NCBI GenBank assembly: GCA_951406725.2
Contig: OX597817.1
Span: forward strand, 119,784,001-119,848,000
Length of the DNA stretch: 64,000 bases
Source of the DNA: Octopus vulgaris
Lineage: Eukaryota
Direction of reading: 5' to 3'
This document shows, one piece after another, positions 25,506 through 39,178 of the stretch. The stretch's first letter is position 1; each line of letters begins with the position of its first letter. A model generated the notes under the pieces. It did not search any database. It was not told the DNA's origin and saw nothing but the letters and a program-made list of their open reading frames with translations. The translations under genes and the position numbers were made by a program.

Positions 25506-25730
25506 TATGTGATGACAAAAGTGACAAAATGATGAGAAACAGAACAAATATTGAAAGTGTTGGATTAAACTACATTATTTTGCCATATATATATAACCAT
25601 AATATCTATAAACATATACACACATACACACAACAACATTATCAAACAGTACAAATAAATGCTCAACACTGCATTGATGGATAAATATTTACTACTCAAC
25701 TCCATCTTGTATGAGAATATATATATAATA

Positions 25731-26115
25731 TTCTTTTATGTATTTCAGTCATCTGACTGTGGCCATGCTGGAGCACTGTCTTTAGTTGAAGAAATCAACT
25801 CCAGGACTTATTCTTTGTAAGCCTAGTACTTATTCTATTGGTCTCTTTTGTCAAACCTCTAAGCTATGGGTACATAAACATACCAACATCAGATGGTGGG
25901 AGGACAAACTCAGACACACACACACACACACACACAATATATATATATATACATATGATGGGCTTTTTAGAGCTTCCATCTGCCAAATCCACTCACAAGG
26001 CTTTGATCGGTCCAAAGCTATAGTAGAAGACACTTGCCCAAGGTACCGTACAGTGGGACTGAACCCAGAACCATGTGGTGGGGAAGCAAGCTTTTTATCA
26101 CACAGCGACACTTGC
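25731..26115 (-). mobile_element. SINE family A
   Basis: Collinear with the copy at 7225-7649, including the internal (CA)n(TA)n. Confidence 0.9.
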
Positions 26116-26760
26116 ACTTTATATAACTATTTTAATACAAAGATTTCATATTGCATTCATTTAGAATTAGCAAGAGTCAAACATTCTATTTTTTAAAGAT
26201 TATTGATTATATTATTGAAATGGAAGATAATTTACAAATTAGTATGAAAAACAAATTAAAAATGAAAACTACAACCTGTTGTTACATTCGCCTAAAGTTA
26301 CATGTAAATAAAACATACTGACCACAAGTTGCACAGGAGAGAATATTGAATTTAAAATTCAATAGCCAAACAGTTTCTGAAAACTTTTTTTATCTTCTAT
26401 TATATCCTTTGCAAGCTTTACAGTATCTTATTGCTTGATACTGATGATGTAAATAACCATACCAAAAGAGATACATTAGTACTCATTTTACAATAGAATG
26501 TTATTGAATGTAATGTATACTATAGATATGTCGGCCAATTTCTTGGAATATATACAGTGTTAATAATGATTCCTGGTTTAGGAACAAGGACAGTAATTTT
26601 GAGCAAATGGAAAAAGTCGGTAACATTGATCTGCAGTACTTGACTGCTATTTTATATAATCAACCCAGGAAGGATGAAAGGAAAAGTTGATTTTGTTGGG
26701 GTTTGAACTCAGAATGTAAAGAGACAGAACAAATATTACAAAAATAAAGTAAAAAATAAT

Positions 26761-27145
26761 GCGGGCATGTCTGCATACTTCCCAATCACACTTCTGGGTT
26801 CAGTCCCACAGCATGATACCTTGGGCTGACCAAAGCCTTTTTAGTGAATTTGGCAGCAGAAAACTGTAAGAAACCAAATCATTGTTTGTTTGTTTGTTTG
26901 TTTTGTGTGTGTATGTGTGTGTATGTATGTATGTATGTAAGTGTTGTGTGTTTTTATGTATGCATGTGTACTTATGTTAACCACCCATACCACTTGGTTG
27001 TCAGTGTTGGTTTGTTTACACTCCTATAACTTAGTGATTCACCAAAAATGACTGACAAAAAAACTACCAGACTGGGAGCAACTTGTTTGATTAAACCCTC
27101 CAAGGAGATGCTGTAGCATGGCTGCAGTCCAATGACTGAAGCATA
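26761..27145 (+). mobile_element. SINE family A, degraded
   Basis: gggttcagtccca...gaccaaagcc...internal TG-rich repeat...gcagtccaatgactgaa. Confidence 0.78.
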
Positions 27146-28732
27146 TAATAAATAAGAGATAAACAAGTAACTCTTAAAGCTACTTTCAGCCTTATAATAT
27201 TTCTTTATCATGATGAAGAGAAATAAATTTACTTTGACTCTGCATCAAAAAATTATATGCTGACTTTCAATCTGATGTCTTCTACTCTATGAACCATCCT
27301 CTTCTCATTATACAAGTAAAATCTAATTTTACAAAACTAAAATTAACTGAGTGAATCTTATTGGATGTCTGTATCTTTTAATCTCTGATCATAAAGAGCT
27401 ATTCTGAAATATTAGCAAGTTCTATGTCTCCTAGTTACAACACTAAACAAATAGGTTATGATCTTTGATGTTTCTCCCCCTTGGTCACATGCTTAATGAC
27501 AGAACAAGCTCAACAAACATGAGATATTTCTTCACAACAAGATAAAATGATAACTTTTAACATAGAAATTTTAAACCTAATTAACTTTGTGGGTTTTATA
27601 TTTTTTGAAGTTTGAAATAAAACAACAATCTAACTTACCACTTGCTCAACATTAAGTTAAAGTGTCTAAAAGGTTGAATCCAGTTTATATCCAATCATGA
27701 GGAAAAATATCTTAAATTTGCCCAACTATTTCTACTACATAGACCAAGATTTGTACTTTGTTTTTAAATGATTCTTTTTTTTTCTTTAGTATTAGTCATT
27801 TGATCTGAGTTATTTTCATATGTACATACAAACAGATGATGAACCATATTTGCTATCAGTTAGATGTAAAAATCTCTTCAGCTTGAATGTGTTAACACAT
27901 TTAATTAGTGAAACATAATAAATTGGATATAACAAGAAAGCAATGTGTGAGTGACTCAATAAAGTTTTCTAATTATCATGGTTTATTTTTCATCCATGGT
28001 CATTATCACCAGTATTTGTGACTCTTATCTGACATCAACACCAGAATAGTCAAAGATATTTTTCTGATTATACAACATCAGCTGATGGATATATAATATA
28101 CAGAATTAGATTAAATCCACAGATGTTTGACTGGTTCAAAAAGAAACCAAAAAAAATATAAAAGAAAACTTTTCAGCTCATTACAAACTGTAGTAATATG
28201 AAAACACGAAATGAAAATGTGATGTTATTATATGGGTCATCATCATCATCATCATCATTATTTATTGTTCCTTTTTCCATGCTAGCATGGGTTGGATGGT
28301 TTCACAGAAACTGCTAAGCCAGAGGAATATACAATTAAAAGTATATCTGCATTCGTATGGTTTCTAGAGCTGAATGTACTTTCTAATGCCCATCATTTTA
28401 TAGAGTGTACTAAGTACTTTCTTTACATGACACAAGCACTAGTGAGGTAACTGAGTACTCATAAGAGAAAACCCCTCAACTTGACCAAGGTACCACAATG
28501 GGACTGAACCTAGGACCATGTGGCTGGGAAGCAAACTTCTTACCACACAGCCACACCCATGCCTATGCCAACAATATCAATATTTATTTTACCACCGTAA
28601 ATTAATTGTATATAAATGACAAAGTATATAAAAAATATAGGAAAATAATATTTTTAATGAGTAAAATACAGAAAAGCCTGTTCATGAGTGCTAAATGAAG
28701 AAATATGCTTTGTTTTTATTTCTTAAAAGATA

Positions 28733-29249
28733 CTAGCAGTATCGCCCGGCGTTGCTCGGATTTGTAAGGGAAATAACTATATAAGCATTTTTAGAGAGTT
28801 ACTTCCTTTATAGATGCCAATTCGGGCTTTCTTAGCCATTTCTGTTTTGGTGTCTTCAAGCCATGAAGTCGTTGTTCTAAAAGAACGCTGGTCTCCTTGA
28901 CAATGCATTACGACGTTGATTTCCTTAAACTCCCTTCCCCACAGCTTCACGAGGGAGGGAAGAAGGGGGAGAAGCAAACACAGGTGCAGGTGTTTGAGCG
29001 TGGACGCCAACTCCGCCGCCATCGACACATGAAAAATTATGCATTAAAATGGAATAAAAAATGATGTTAAATTATTTTAAAAATCGTAGACTCATCGTAG
29101 ACACGCGCTAATAGCCAGACGGGCTCGATATGAATCACGACTATAAGATACCTGAATTTGGTTAAACTGCACCGCAAAATGTGGGAGGAGTTAGGAATCT
29201 AAACCGTAGGAGACAGACACTCACACAACTACAGTTTTATATATATAGA
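28733..29249 (-). mobile_element. Young non-autonomous Helitron
   Basis: Minus strand: A|TCtatatatataaaactg...ccgagcaacgccgggcgatactgCTAG|T. It has 5' TC, a subterminal hairpin, 3' CTAG, an AT target and no TSD, and is CpG-rich. Confidence 0.9.
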
Positions 29250-31319
29250 TATTCTAGCCGTAAAGATATGTAAGACACATGAAGCAAAAATTTTAGACTT
29301 TCTCCCAAATTTTTATTTATAAAGTGATATTTATACTACAGTAGTCAAAAGTAATATTTCATTTTGATAATAAAAACAGAATTGTTTGAAAACACAGAAA
29401 ATGTAAATGTGATTGACATATTTCTCTATGACTTACACCAATTATTTCTACATTTGTTCACGCTTACAAAATGACTTTAATATTAATCTAGTTATGAAGC
29501 AAGTAAAGTTTTTAAATATATGTCTCAACCAATTTCTACTAAAACAAATTTTATATATACTCTGGATTTATAAACCTATATTTCTATACTGCCAAGAAAA
29601 AAAAAATATATAGTTTCAGATATAAAATATGACATTACAGAAGCATTATATTAATTTTAGGTCCCTTAAGCCAAGCGAAGTAATTTGATTGTAGAAACAC
29701 TAACACATCATTATGGTTAAGAACAAATGGTAATGAACTGAGGGGAATTGGAGTGAAAGAAAGCATTCAGCTAGAATAATTATGACAGTAGGTGTAATGC
29801 CATAACTGAAAACCTGTGTTCATTACAAAACCTAACAAGTAATAATATTTGATTTATTCACTGCATGTTATACACTTCCAATGAAATCATTTACATGAGT
29901 GCTAATGGTAAGCTAGCTTCATTAATTTGGAAATATCATTCATTAAAAAGAAATACAATGTTACATTAAATTTTAAGCTTATGAACTTCAGTTTCATTTT
30001 ACATGGAAGGTGGGTGAAGCTAAACAAAACTAGCTTAACTAAACATCTGTCTTTAAAAATAAATAAAACAGGTGAAAAGCATTTGAGTATCAGAGCTCTG
30101 CAAGACAAATATCAATAGAATATAACATAAAAGCAAATATTATGTCCAAATAGAAGCATATAATAGTGATATTTATGAAGAAATTAAGAAAATGAGGTAT
30201 AAAAATAATAAAAATATTTTTCATTCCCAGTAAACAATGATCAGATTATTAAATGTAAACCAGATGCTACAAATATAAATAATCTCAAAGGAAGAAAACC
30301 TTATTAAATTTTCTAAAGAATGAACCATTTAATTTACATCTAGTAGAACTTCAGATTAGTACATCATTTCACAACAACAAATATACACAAATACTATTGA
30401 AGATTTTTAGAGAAACAATGAATAGCTGAGATCACACAGAGAAATAGAATAACAAACACTATCAAATATTCTTTGTAGCAGCCATATTATAGTCATAAAA
30501 AAAACTGAGAATATTCCAGGAATTGAAAAAGTTTTTAATTTCCATTTAAAATATTTAGCATAAAAATCTGAAAATAACATTAAATATTATTGTACTAAAT
30601 ATTAATAACACAACCAGACAAGCTAATGGAATGGAAAATAACATTATTTCCTAAAATGCAATCACACAAGATCCCCAATGCAATTAGCTTTCTATAACAT
30701 TAGTAATGTTAGAATACACCAAAAGCTTTGGTTAAAAATGATAGGTATCAACAGTATGAAACATACCTCTGCAGACTGAGAAGTAACTAAGGCTACTTTT
30801 AGATCAACAAGTAAGAGAAAAGGCAGAAACTTAATCTTGATCCATACCAGCCAAAATTGCTGAATATCAAAAGTTGTCAAGTTATAAGTAAGTCAAAATT
30901 CAAATATATTATTGAAGCACTAAGCTCAAAAATCTACTTTAAAATCAAATTATATTCAATATCAATTTCCATACTATACAAAAATAAATGAATATCATTC
31001 TTAAGATTTTGCACATCCAATATTTGAGGTTTAATTAATAAATAATTGTTTTTATAGCTATAATTTCCTAACTATTAGATTTACTTTTAGCAAACTAAGA
31101 GTTCAATTTGGTTTAATAAATGAACTGTAAATGCCTTTCCCTACACAAGCATTTGAAACGTCTTATGTACCTATAATACATCAGAAGAAAAGGAAAATGG
31201 AAGGCAATTCTAAAAGATATCCAAAAACACTTCAAAGAAATGTTAATAAATATAGCATTGTTTAATACAATTGTTAGCCGCAAACAACTTATTTATTTTG
31301 TATTATGTATTTCCCTGAA

Positions 31320-31450
31320 TACAAGGAGAACAATGAGGAGGAAGACAAGGAGGAGGAGGACAACGAGGAAGAGGATTATGAGGAAGAGGACAAAGAGGAG
31401 GAGGTGATGATGATGAAGATGGTAGTCAAGTCAGAGGCAGCAGTAGAAGT
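31320..31450. repeat. Purine-rich (GAG/GAT)n low-complexity tract
   Basis: Directly visible. Confidence 0.85.
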
Positions 31451-34400
31451 AACAAACTGATATTTACACATATATTTGAATGAATAGACTATGAGGACAA
31501 AGTAAACAAAAAGATGTTAATCATGAATAATATTATATGTTTATACTTCTTTTGATAGTTTGTTCTGTGAAAACAGACATTAAGTACATTAAGGAGAGCT
31601 GTGTGATATTAAGTTTCTATACTAACAAAAACAAAAGCATAAGAAAATAAATGTGAAAATAATAGTTAACCTTCAAAGCAGCAGCATTTATTTCCATTGT
31701 TTATTGCTTTATTATTATTATTTTTTTGCCAGTGATCATTAGAAATTGTTGAAAACAATACATTTGGTTGTAAATAAAAATAAAAATAACAGCACCAAAA
31801 AAAAAACAGGAAGATATTGTAACAACAAAATCACTCATTAGAGTACATGTTTAGAAAAATCTTTTTGATTCTCACTATTTTTCTTTAATAATTCTTTTTG
31901 ACTGAGAAGTGTTACTGGTGATGTGCTACACCATATACTTTAAAGGAAAATAACTTCCATCGAAAAGAAATAAGCACTTGGAACAAAACCCTTTTTTTCA
32001 CTCTGTGTCTGATAAGATTTAGAGATACTTGAAGCTTCCTCATCAAAGAAAAAAAAAATTTATAGAAAATACTTGCTTTTATCATTTATTTTAAAGCCAT
32101 TCCAACATACTCTCACAAACACACCTTTATTTTATTTTGGTAAATGAAGATTTAGAGGTTTTGGCTCACTTATTTGTTAATGTAATTTCAGAAAAAATAT
32201 ATATACTATGAAATGTATAATTAACAGGAGTTTGTTCAGAATTTTAAGAACACAGAACAAATTATGCTCATGGACAAGAGGATAGCACCATTACCCATAT
32301 TTAGTCAGTTAATGGTGTTCAGATATCAAAGTTAATCAGCTTTACCAAAAAACAGATTCTAATCGACTCAGCTATCAGATTATGATTTTTATTTTCAACA
32401 AATATTTTCCTTCAAGATATGAGCTAACGCCTAAGATCAAGTAAAGACTATTCCATATGCTCTTAGTTAAAGCTTTTGCATTTATTGTATTCTACAGATA
32501 TACATGGGAATGGTTTAAGTATCACACATTTTATAAGTCTAAAGGAAAGTTGTATTTTTCAGAACTATTTATCTCAACAATAATCAGACTTCTAACCAAC
32601 TTTATGGATAAAAAAGAATTTAGTATTTTTTGCTCTAAAACTGACAGGAAACGTTGAAATTCGTAGAGAACTTCAACTTGTGATGCTACGTATTTATAAT
32701 AATATTTCTCTTTGAATGTATTTATGAGAAGAAACTATTATATATTTGCATTTCTGTTCTGTTCTCCTGCACCTTTTTTTTATACTTACATTTTCACTTA
32801 GAAAGCATGTTCAGTTATGTGCCAGTTCAATGATCCACCCACAGCAAAGAAAATTTATATTACACTAGCCAAGCAACTGGAAGAATGCATCAGCTGCTTG
32901 GATATGAAGAAGGTCCAACAGGGATTGTAGTTTTGACTCATTTCATGCATATAATCCATGGATATGGAAATTTCATAAGAAAGTTGTATATGATGTTGAA
33001 ACATTCTTTTCCATTGAAAAATCTCCCCCCTTCCCATCATTATTTCAAATAACATTTGTCAGTCAATTTAAAAAAAACAAACTCAGTTTTAAAGTTTTAT
33101 ACAAATATTAATGGTAGAAAGCTTTTCTTTCAAAAGTTATTGGCCAGTCCTAACTTAGTTTTCTGAATAGGCTATGGATTGATTTATTGAGATTTCCAGA
33201 ACAATATATGCTCTTGGGAAGAGTTAAGAATAGCAAGAATACCAATGCAAGAAGACTTTTGCAAAGTATCATTACTTTTGAAGATTAAACAAATATTTTA
33301 CTTTTGCTGTTAAAATTTCATAGAAATTATGTTTCTTTGTTTTGTTTTGAATTCCGTTTTCTTCATCACTTTCTTTCTCTATGTAAATGTCTTACAAGCT
33401 TCATTCAACATTGTCACCTCTTTATCACTTTACCAACACTTTCTGGTAATCTTACATACAACCTTCCAACTAATTTTTTCATTCATTCCCAGGTGTGAGA
33501 TTTTGCCTGAAATGCTAGAATTGGCCTCTCCTTGCAGTAAACTACAATTGATCCTTCCACATACTAAGAATGGTGATAAAATCTGAAATGCTAATATTTG
33601 AGATAAGGAGTGAATATAAGAAAGTAAAAAGAAACTATTGCTTAATAAAATTAAAAAATTATATCTTACACAAAGATATTAAATAATGAACAAGGTGACA
33701 ATTAATGGCATAAAAGAAAACTGTGTAAAACTTTGTAAGATTCAACATAGAATGGTAAATTGTTGATATAAAATAGCTACCCAGATATAAACAACAGCAA
33801 AAGATTATTAGAAAGCTTAGTTATATAAATGTAAACCATGAATAAAATAAATAATAAAACAAAAAATGTCTTATCTTTATCTTTAACAAGTTTCACTCAC
33901 TGGACTGTGGCCAGATTGGGGCACTACTCTGTGTGTTGAAAAATATTCAAAAGATTCAGACAAAAATACAGACAACTTCAAGTAAATCTGTTTGTTTTAC
34001 TCAACCCATTTTAAGAAAAATAATTCCTTTGTCATAATGGATGTACTAACTAGCTTTGTAATTTTCTAATTTCACAAATAATATATCATTTAACATAATG
34101 ATAATCAGAGTTGAAGCTGAGGAGAAAAATTAATGGTTTAAGGAAAATAATATTTTATACAGTATAGGTACAATGAATTGATTATATAAATATGCACTTT
34201 TTTTCTCCTGTATTTCAAAATAGTCTCTAAGACCTTTCAAAAGTATTAACAAAATGCTTAGCCACTCTGTAGACAATCACATTGATCATACACAAATGGC
34301 TCTTCTTATATTTCATTCTGGTAACAGATGAGAAAAGGATTTTAGCTTTATTTATATAGTTTCTTTGTAAAGATATTAGCTTTCCTTAGCAGCAGGAACA

Positions 34401-35049
34401 ACATGAAACATTCGATGAAGCAAGAAGAGTTTAAACATTCAGACTTTTCTGGTGCCATCATCTGTAATTTCAATGAATTCTGACTGAGAATTGTATTTAT
34501 CGTCTTGCTAGTATAGGCAGTCAGTAGGTAGCAGCTACATAACAAACAACAGATTTAAAGGAAAGAACACAATCTAAATGAATATTATGGAAGATAATAT
34601 ATCATCTTTTCTTTATGTTCCATTTTATAAAAGACTTCCAGCTATGCAATTTCTATTTCATTTTATTAAAAACCCTTAAATAGAAAACCAATAAAATTTT
34701 CAATATCTCAAAACTGTTTTCCCTTTTTCTAATCAGTTGATAGCTATGATTTGTAATTATGTTATAAACAAGGTAAAAATGTTTCGTTTACGTATTTGGT
34801 TTGCAAGATCCTGGGATGTAAAATTGTGTGTTGAAACAGATTTTGTCACATCTTGGGAGAATCATTACGCCAATAATAAGAACACATGATGATTCCATTT
34901 CACTTCTTTAATTATTGTTAGTCTGCTAGTTAACCATTTCATCAATTAATTAATCGATCGTTTGATTGATTTTTCTAGAGTTATTCGAATGAAAGATGAA
35001 GGGAGTCAGAAAATTATAATTTGATCTGCACCATTTGAGCCTTTCTGAT

Positions 35050-35545
35050 GTGGCATTGTAGCATGGGGCTACCTTTTTGAAAGTGGCTTCATCAGAAGAT
35101 ACATTTGAAACATGCCTACTTATATTGCTAACTAGTTGTCTCACGATGGTTGATGGGTAGTTACAGCATATATTTATGTAAGAGGTCTCTTCATTAGGTT
35201 TTTGAAAGAGTCTTTGTCTGTGCTAAAGTTCAACCTGATATCAAGGAAATTAACTTCTTTAAGGCTTGTACTAATTGTAATTTTTAAATGGAGCTGACTA
35301 AACAGCCTGAATAAATATTTTTTCTTATCTCACATACTTGGTGACCATTCCTATTGTACGCTTCTCCTAGACTGTTATTACTATACAACCCTATGTTAAC
35401 CCTCTTTATTTCATTGCTGAGTTTATGCAGGCTATACAGGTCAACCAGATTCACTGCAATATAAAACTGTTCATCATCATTCTTTTTTCTTTTTTACCAA
35501 AGAGGAGGTTTTGTGGAAGACTGATGACTTTCTTGAATTCATTAA
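35050..35545 (-). mobile_element. Penelope-like element reverse transcriptase relic
   Basis: MNSRKS, NIGLYSNNSL (decayed GLYRDDGL), LKITISTSLKEVNFLDIRLN, KPNEETSYIN, NYPSTIVRQL, ISRHVSNVSSDEATFKKVAPCYN, in the typical PLE RT/thumb order. Confidence 0.85.
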
Positions 35546-35552
35546 AACAAAA

Positions 35553-35870
35553 CTGGCACCTTGTCAGTTAAAACAACAAGGGTACCAGTTGATCTGATCA
35601 ATGGAACAGCCTGCTCACTAAATTAATGTGTAAGTGGCTGAGCACTCCACAGACATGGGTACCCTTACCATAGTTCTCAGGGAGATTCAGTGTGACACAG
35701 GATGTGACAAGGCAGACCCTTTTAAATACAAGTACTACTCAATTTTATCAGCTGAGTGGACTGGAGAAACATGAAATAAAATGTCTTGGATACAACACAC
35801 CATTGGGAACCAAACTCATAATCTAACAATTGTGAACCAAATACCCCTAACCACTGAGCCATGTGCTTTC
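35553..35870 (-). mobile_element. tRNA-derived SINE family D variant
   Basis: Minus head gcacatggctcagtggttaggg...; body ctccagtccactcagctg...gtggagtgctcagccact. The head is related to those at 45576 and 49785. Confidence 0.7.
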
Positions 35871-36027
35871 ACATGCCTTGAATTCATTATGATGGCAATG
35901 TCAGTATCAGTAATAGTTGTGTAAACTTTGCATAACACAAGTGTTTGTAGGAAGAGGTGTTGGGAGATCAAGGCTAAAATGTGATACCAAGATGGTTAAA
36001 TTTGAATTTGAATTTATCACTGATTTC

Positions 36028-36470
36028 CTTAACCCTGTCAAACCATGTTCCCGCTATAGTGGGAATAATTTAAATGTCATCTCTGCGGATTCCTGCTAAA
36101 GCAGTAATGAGCAACACACATAGAAAAAGATAAAATTCAAAACTTAGACAACCGATCATATTGCAACTTTATAGTGAATTGTGTTTATGGCTCATTGTTA
36201 ATGCTGACCTCTATTGATGTTGTTTACTTTTGATTGTAGTAAATAAATGAAAAATAATTTTGCAATGAAACAAGAATGTAATGAACCCAGCACTTCATCT
36301 TGTTAATAAGCAAGGCCTAAACTCTGTAATTGATGAACTTATTGATGATATTTATTCTTCAGATGATGAGTTTACACTTATGCTGGCAATGAGAGTGATT
36401 CAAACAATCAAACTGGTGAAAGTGATAATGAAAGCAGCAATAATTCGGGTGAACAAATACAGTAGTTGAG
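36028..36470 (+). mobile_element. Possible piggyBac-like 5' remnant
   Basis: ttaa|ccctgtc start, followed by an acidic Ser/Asp-rich N-terminal-like frame (IDDIYSSDDE). No matching 3' end was found. Confidence 0.3.
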
Positions 36471-36844
36471 AGATAGGCCTATTATTGTTATCCTCTTGAT
36501 CTTTTTGTTTTTTGTTATTCTTTCCATCAGTTTTCCTAACAAATATGGTAACTGATAGAAAGCCTATTACTGTCACTCTACTGAATTTTTTTGTGATTCT
36601 AACCATTAGTTTCCTTGTAATCATTATTCTTGAACTGTATATGCAACTAGATATTTTTTTTGCTCAAGAGCCCAGATGGAAAGTAAAGTTAGACATAGGG
36701 ACCTGGGTCACACATCCATTGGGTGAGGTTTCAGGTGACTCATTTGTCAAATGACATTTTCTAAGATTGATTTGATAATAAATAGGTACTGTACAATGGG
36801 ATAGAACCCAGAACCACATGCCTGAGAAAGAAAATGCTTAACCA

Positions 36845-37250
36845 CACAATTATCATCATTTTAAGTTCACTTTTCCACATTACCATGGGTCAGACAGAAT
36901 TTGTTGAGGTAGGTTTTCTATAAGAAGATGCCCTTCCCATCACCAGCATTCCCCAGTTTCCAAGGTAGTATTCCCCCATGACCAGACATGTTTACATGGA
37001 AAATTGGAAATAAATGACACGGCAAAAAGGCCAGTGGTACATACAACTATCATGTGATGACATGACAGGTAGAAAATAAAAAACACACACACACACACAC
37101 ACAGACACACTGGGCTTCTTTGAGTTTTTGTTGATCAAATCCACTTACAAAGCTTTAGTTAGCCCAGAGCTATAGCAACAGACACCTAAGTTGCTATGCA
37201 GTGGAGTTGAATTTGAAACTATGTGGGTGAGAATCAAACTTCTTACAACT
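36845..37250 (-). mobile_element. SINE A-prime, degraded
   Basis: RTE-like tail (cacttttccac...catgggtcagacagaatt), (CA)n and caaatccacttacaaagcttt head. Confidence 0.7.
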
Positions 37251-37276
37251 CTTTCTTTCTCTCTTTCTTTATACAT

Positions 37277-37311
<35 letters not shown>

Positions 37312-38929
37312 CATATGCACAAATCACATATATGTGTCTATGTGTGTGTATTGGAATATTCAGAGGAATGTTCCAATTCATGCAGCCTATAGCCTAAATT
37401 CCACTACTTAGATATAAACTAGAATTTCAAAGTGAAGAATATGAAAGACAGAAGGTTCATATAAATGAAGAAGTACATATTTTGCATTGGATATATATAC
37501 CCTTTTGTTCATTCTCCCACACAAATATAAATATTGTCATACATACACACACACATATATATATATATACATACACACACACACACATATATATAAGGCA
37601 CAAAAATGATAAAGACAATGAGGTAGGCATAAATTGACAATTCTAATTATTGTTTTACTTTACCTTTCCATCTCAATTACATGTATTTTCTTCTTTTCCT
37701 ACTTTCAATTCTCCTAAATTGTGTATATTTTGCCTCATTATTCAATGATGAATTAATAATTTATTTGATCCTATGTTAAATATCAATTATAAATGTGTTT
37801 ATATATCAATATAAAGTTAATATGATCAAAACCACAATTCAATAGAAAAACATATATTTCAAACTTTCTTTATATGGCAAAGAGATGATGAATTGTTAAA
37901 ATAAGATTCATGTTTTCTAAGAAACTCAGGAAAGTACAAATAGATTTATTTTAGCTGAAGAGAAAACCTTTCTTGATTACTCGTTTGCAGTAATCAAATA
38001 ACTATAATGTTTGAAGTCTAATAACTATCCTTTGTGTAATATTTCACTAGATTATTTCCCAGTGTATTAAAAATGATGTCTCTTTTTATTGATTATAAAT
38101 CAAGAAATCCAGATTACATCATGCATATCATTCAAAAGATTTTCTCAAAGCATTCAGAACATGAAAGTTTCTGACAATAACTGAGAATATGTAAGGGTAA
38201 AACACACACACACACAAACGCAGATGTATTTCACCTGATTCAGAGAAAATGTCGCCACCACCACAACTAATATAAAAACAATATCATCAATCACCTTTGT
38301 GACAAAAGGAACATAAATGTTAGGTTGAATGCAATGTGCCTGAATATTGATTTTCATGGTATCTGAGTTAATAATTATTTTGTATAAACACATACTTTGA
38401 TATGTAAATTAAATCTATCAAAATTTCATATCAAATAATAAACACACCTATACACTACTAAAAAGGAACACTGAATAACAAGTAGACACCTCTGAAATTG
38501 TTCACTATTTCAGATGAACAACTTTAAATTTAGATGGCATTAAAAGGCAACAACTCCTTTTATAGTTATAACAAAACAAAATTTTTGAGGCAGTATTTAA
38601 CAGAATTAAACATATAAGAAGAAACCAATAAGAAAATATATATAATATTCAAAAATTTAACTTGTAGAGAGACAAACCAATAAACAAACATATAACAAAA
38701 TAGGAAGAAATAAGAAATGTAATTTCAAAATCTTTAACAAACTGTCATAGAAAACAAAAATTGTTAGATACTAACATTGTCAACACCCAAAGAAAATGTA
38801 AAAAATAAAATGTTGAAATAAATGCCCACAGAACACTGGCCTATTTGATGCAAAGGACACTGCATACTTTGAAAACAGATGCATTCTTCCACTTTGCATT
38901 TACTTTAAAGTGAGGATTCAACTTAAGAA

Positions 38930-39146
38930 AAACACACACAGACCCTCATATTACATATATGTGTGTGCGCGCACGTGTGTGTATGTGGTTGTGTGTGTGT
39001 CTAAAGGTATGTGAGTCTGTGTGTGCATGGGGTTGTGTGGGATAGGCATCTGTGCATTCCTGTGCATGTATTTGTGTGTGTGTACATTTCTGTATGTGTG
39101 TGTGTCTGTTCGCACATATGTGTGTGTGCACGTGGGTGTATATGTG

Positions 39147-39177
<31 letters not shown>

Positions 39178-39178
39178 C
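38930..39178. repeat. Compound (TG)n/(TA)n microsatellite
   Basis: Directly visible. Confidence 0.95.

Noticed and set aside
31320-31450. Acidic Glu/Asp-rich coding exon
   Set aside because: It is a degenerate (GAG/GAT)n simple repeat without supporting splice structure.
32801-33586. Acceptor-like sites at 32800 and 33492 followed by short open frames (KACSVMCQFNDPP..., CEILPEMLELASP...)
   Set aside because: No convincing donor and no recognisable homology; cannot be supported without RNA data.
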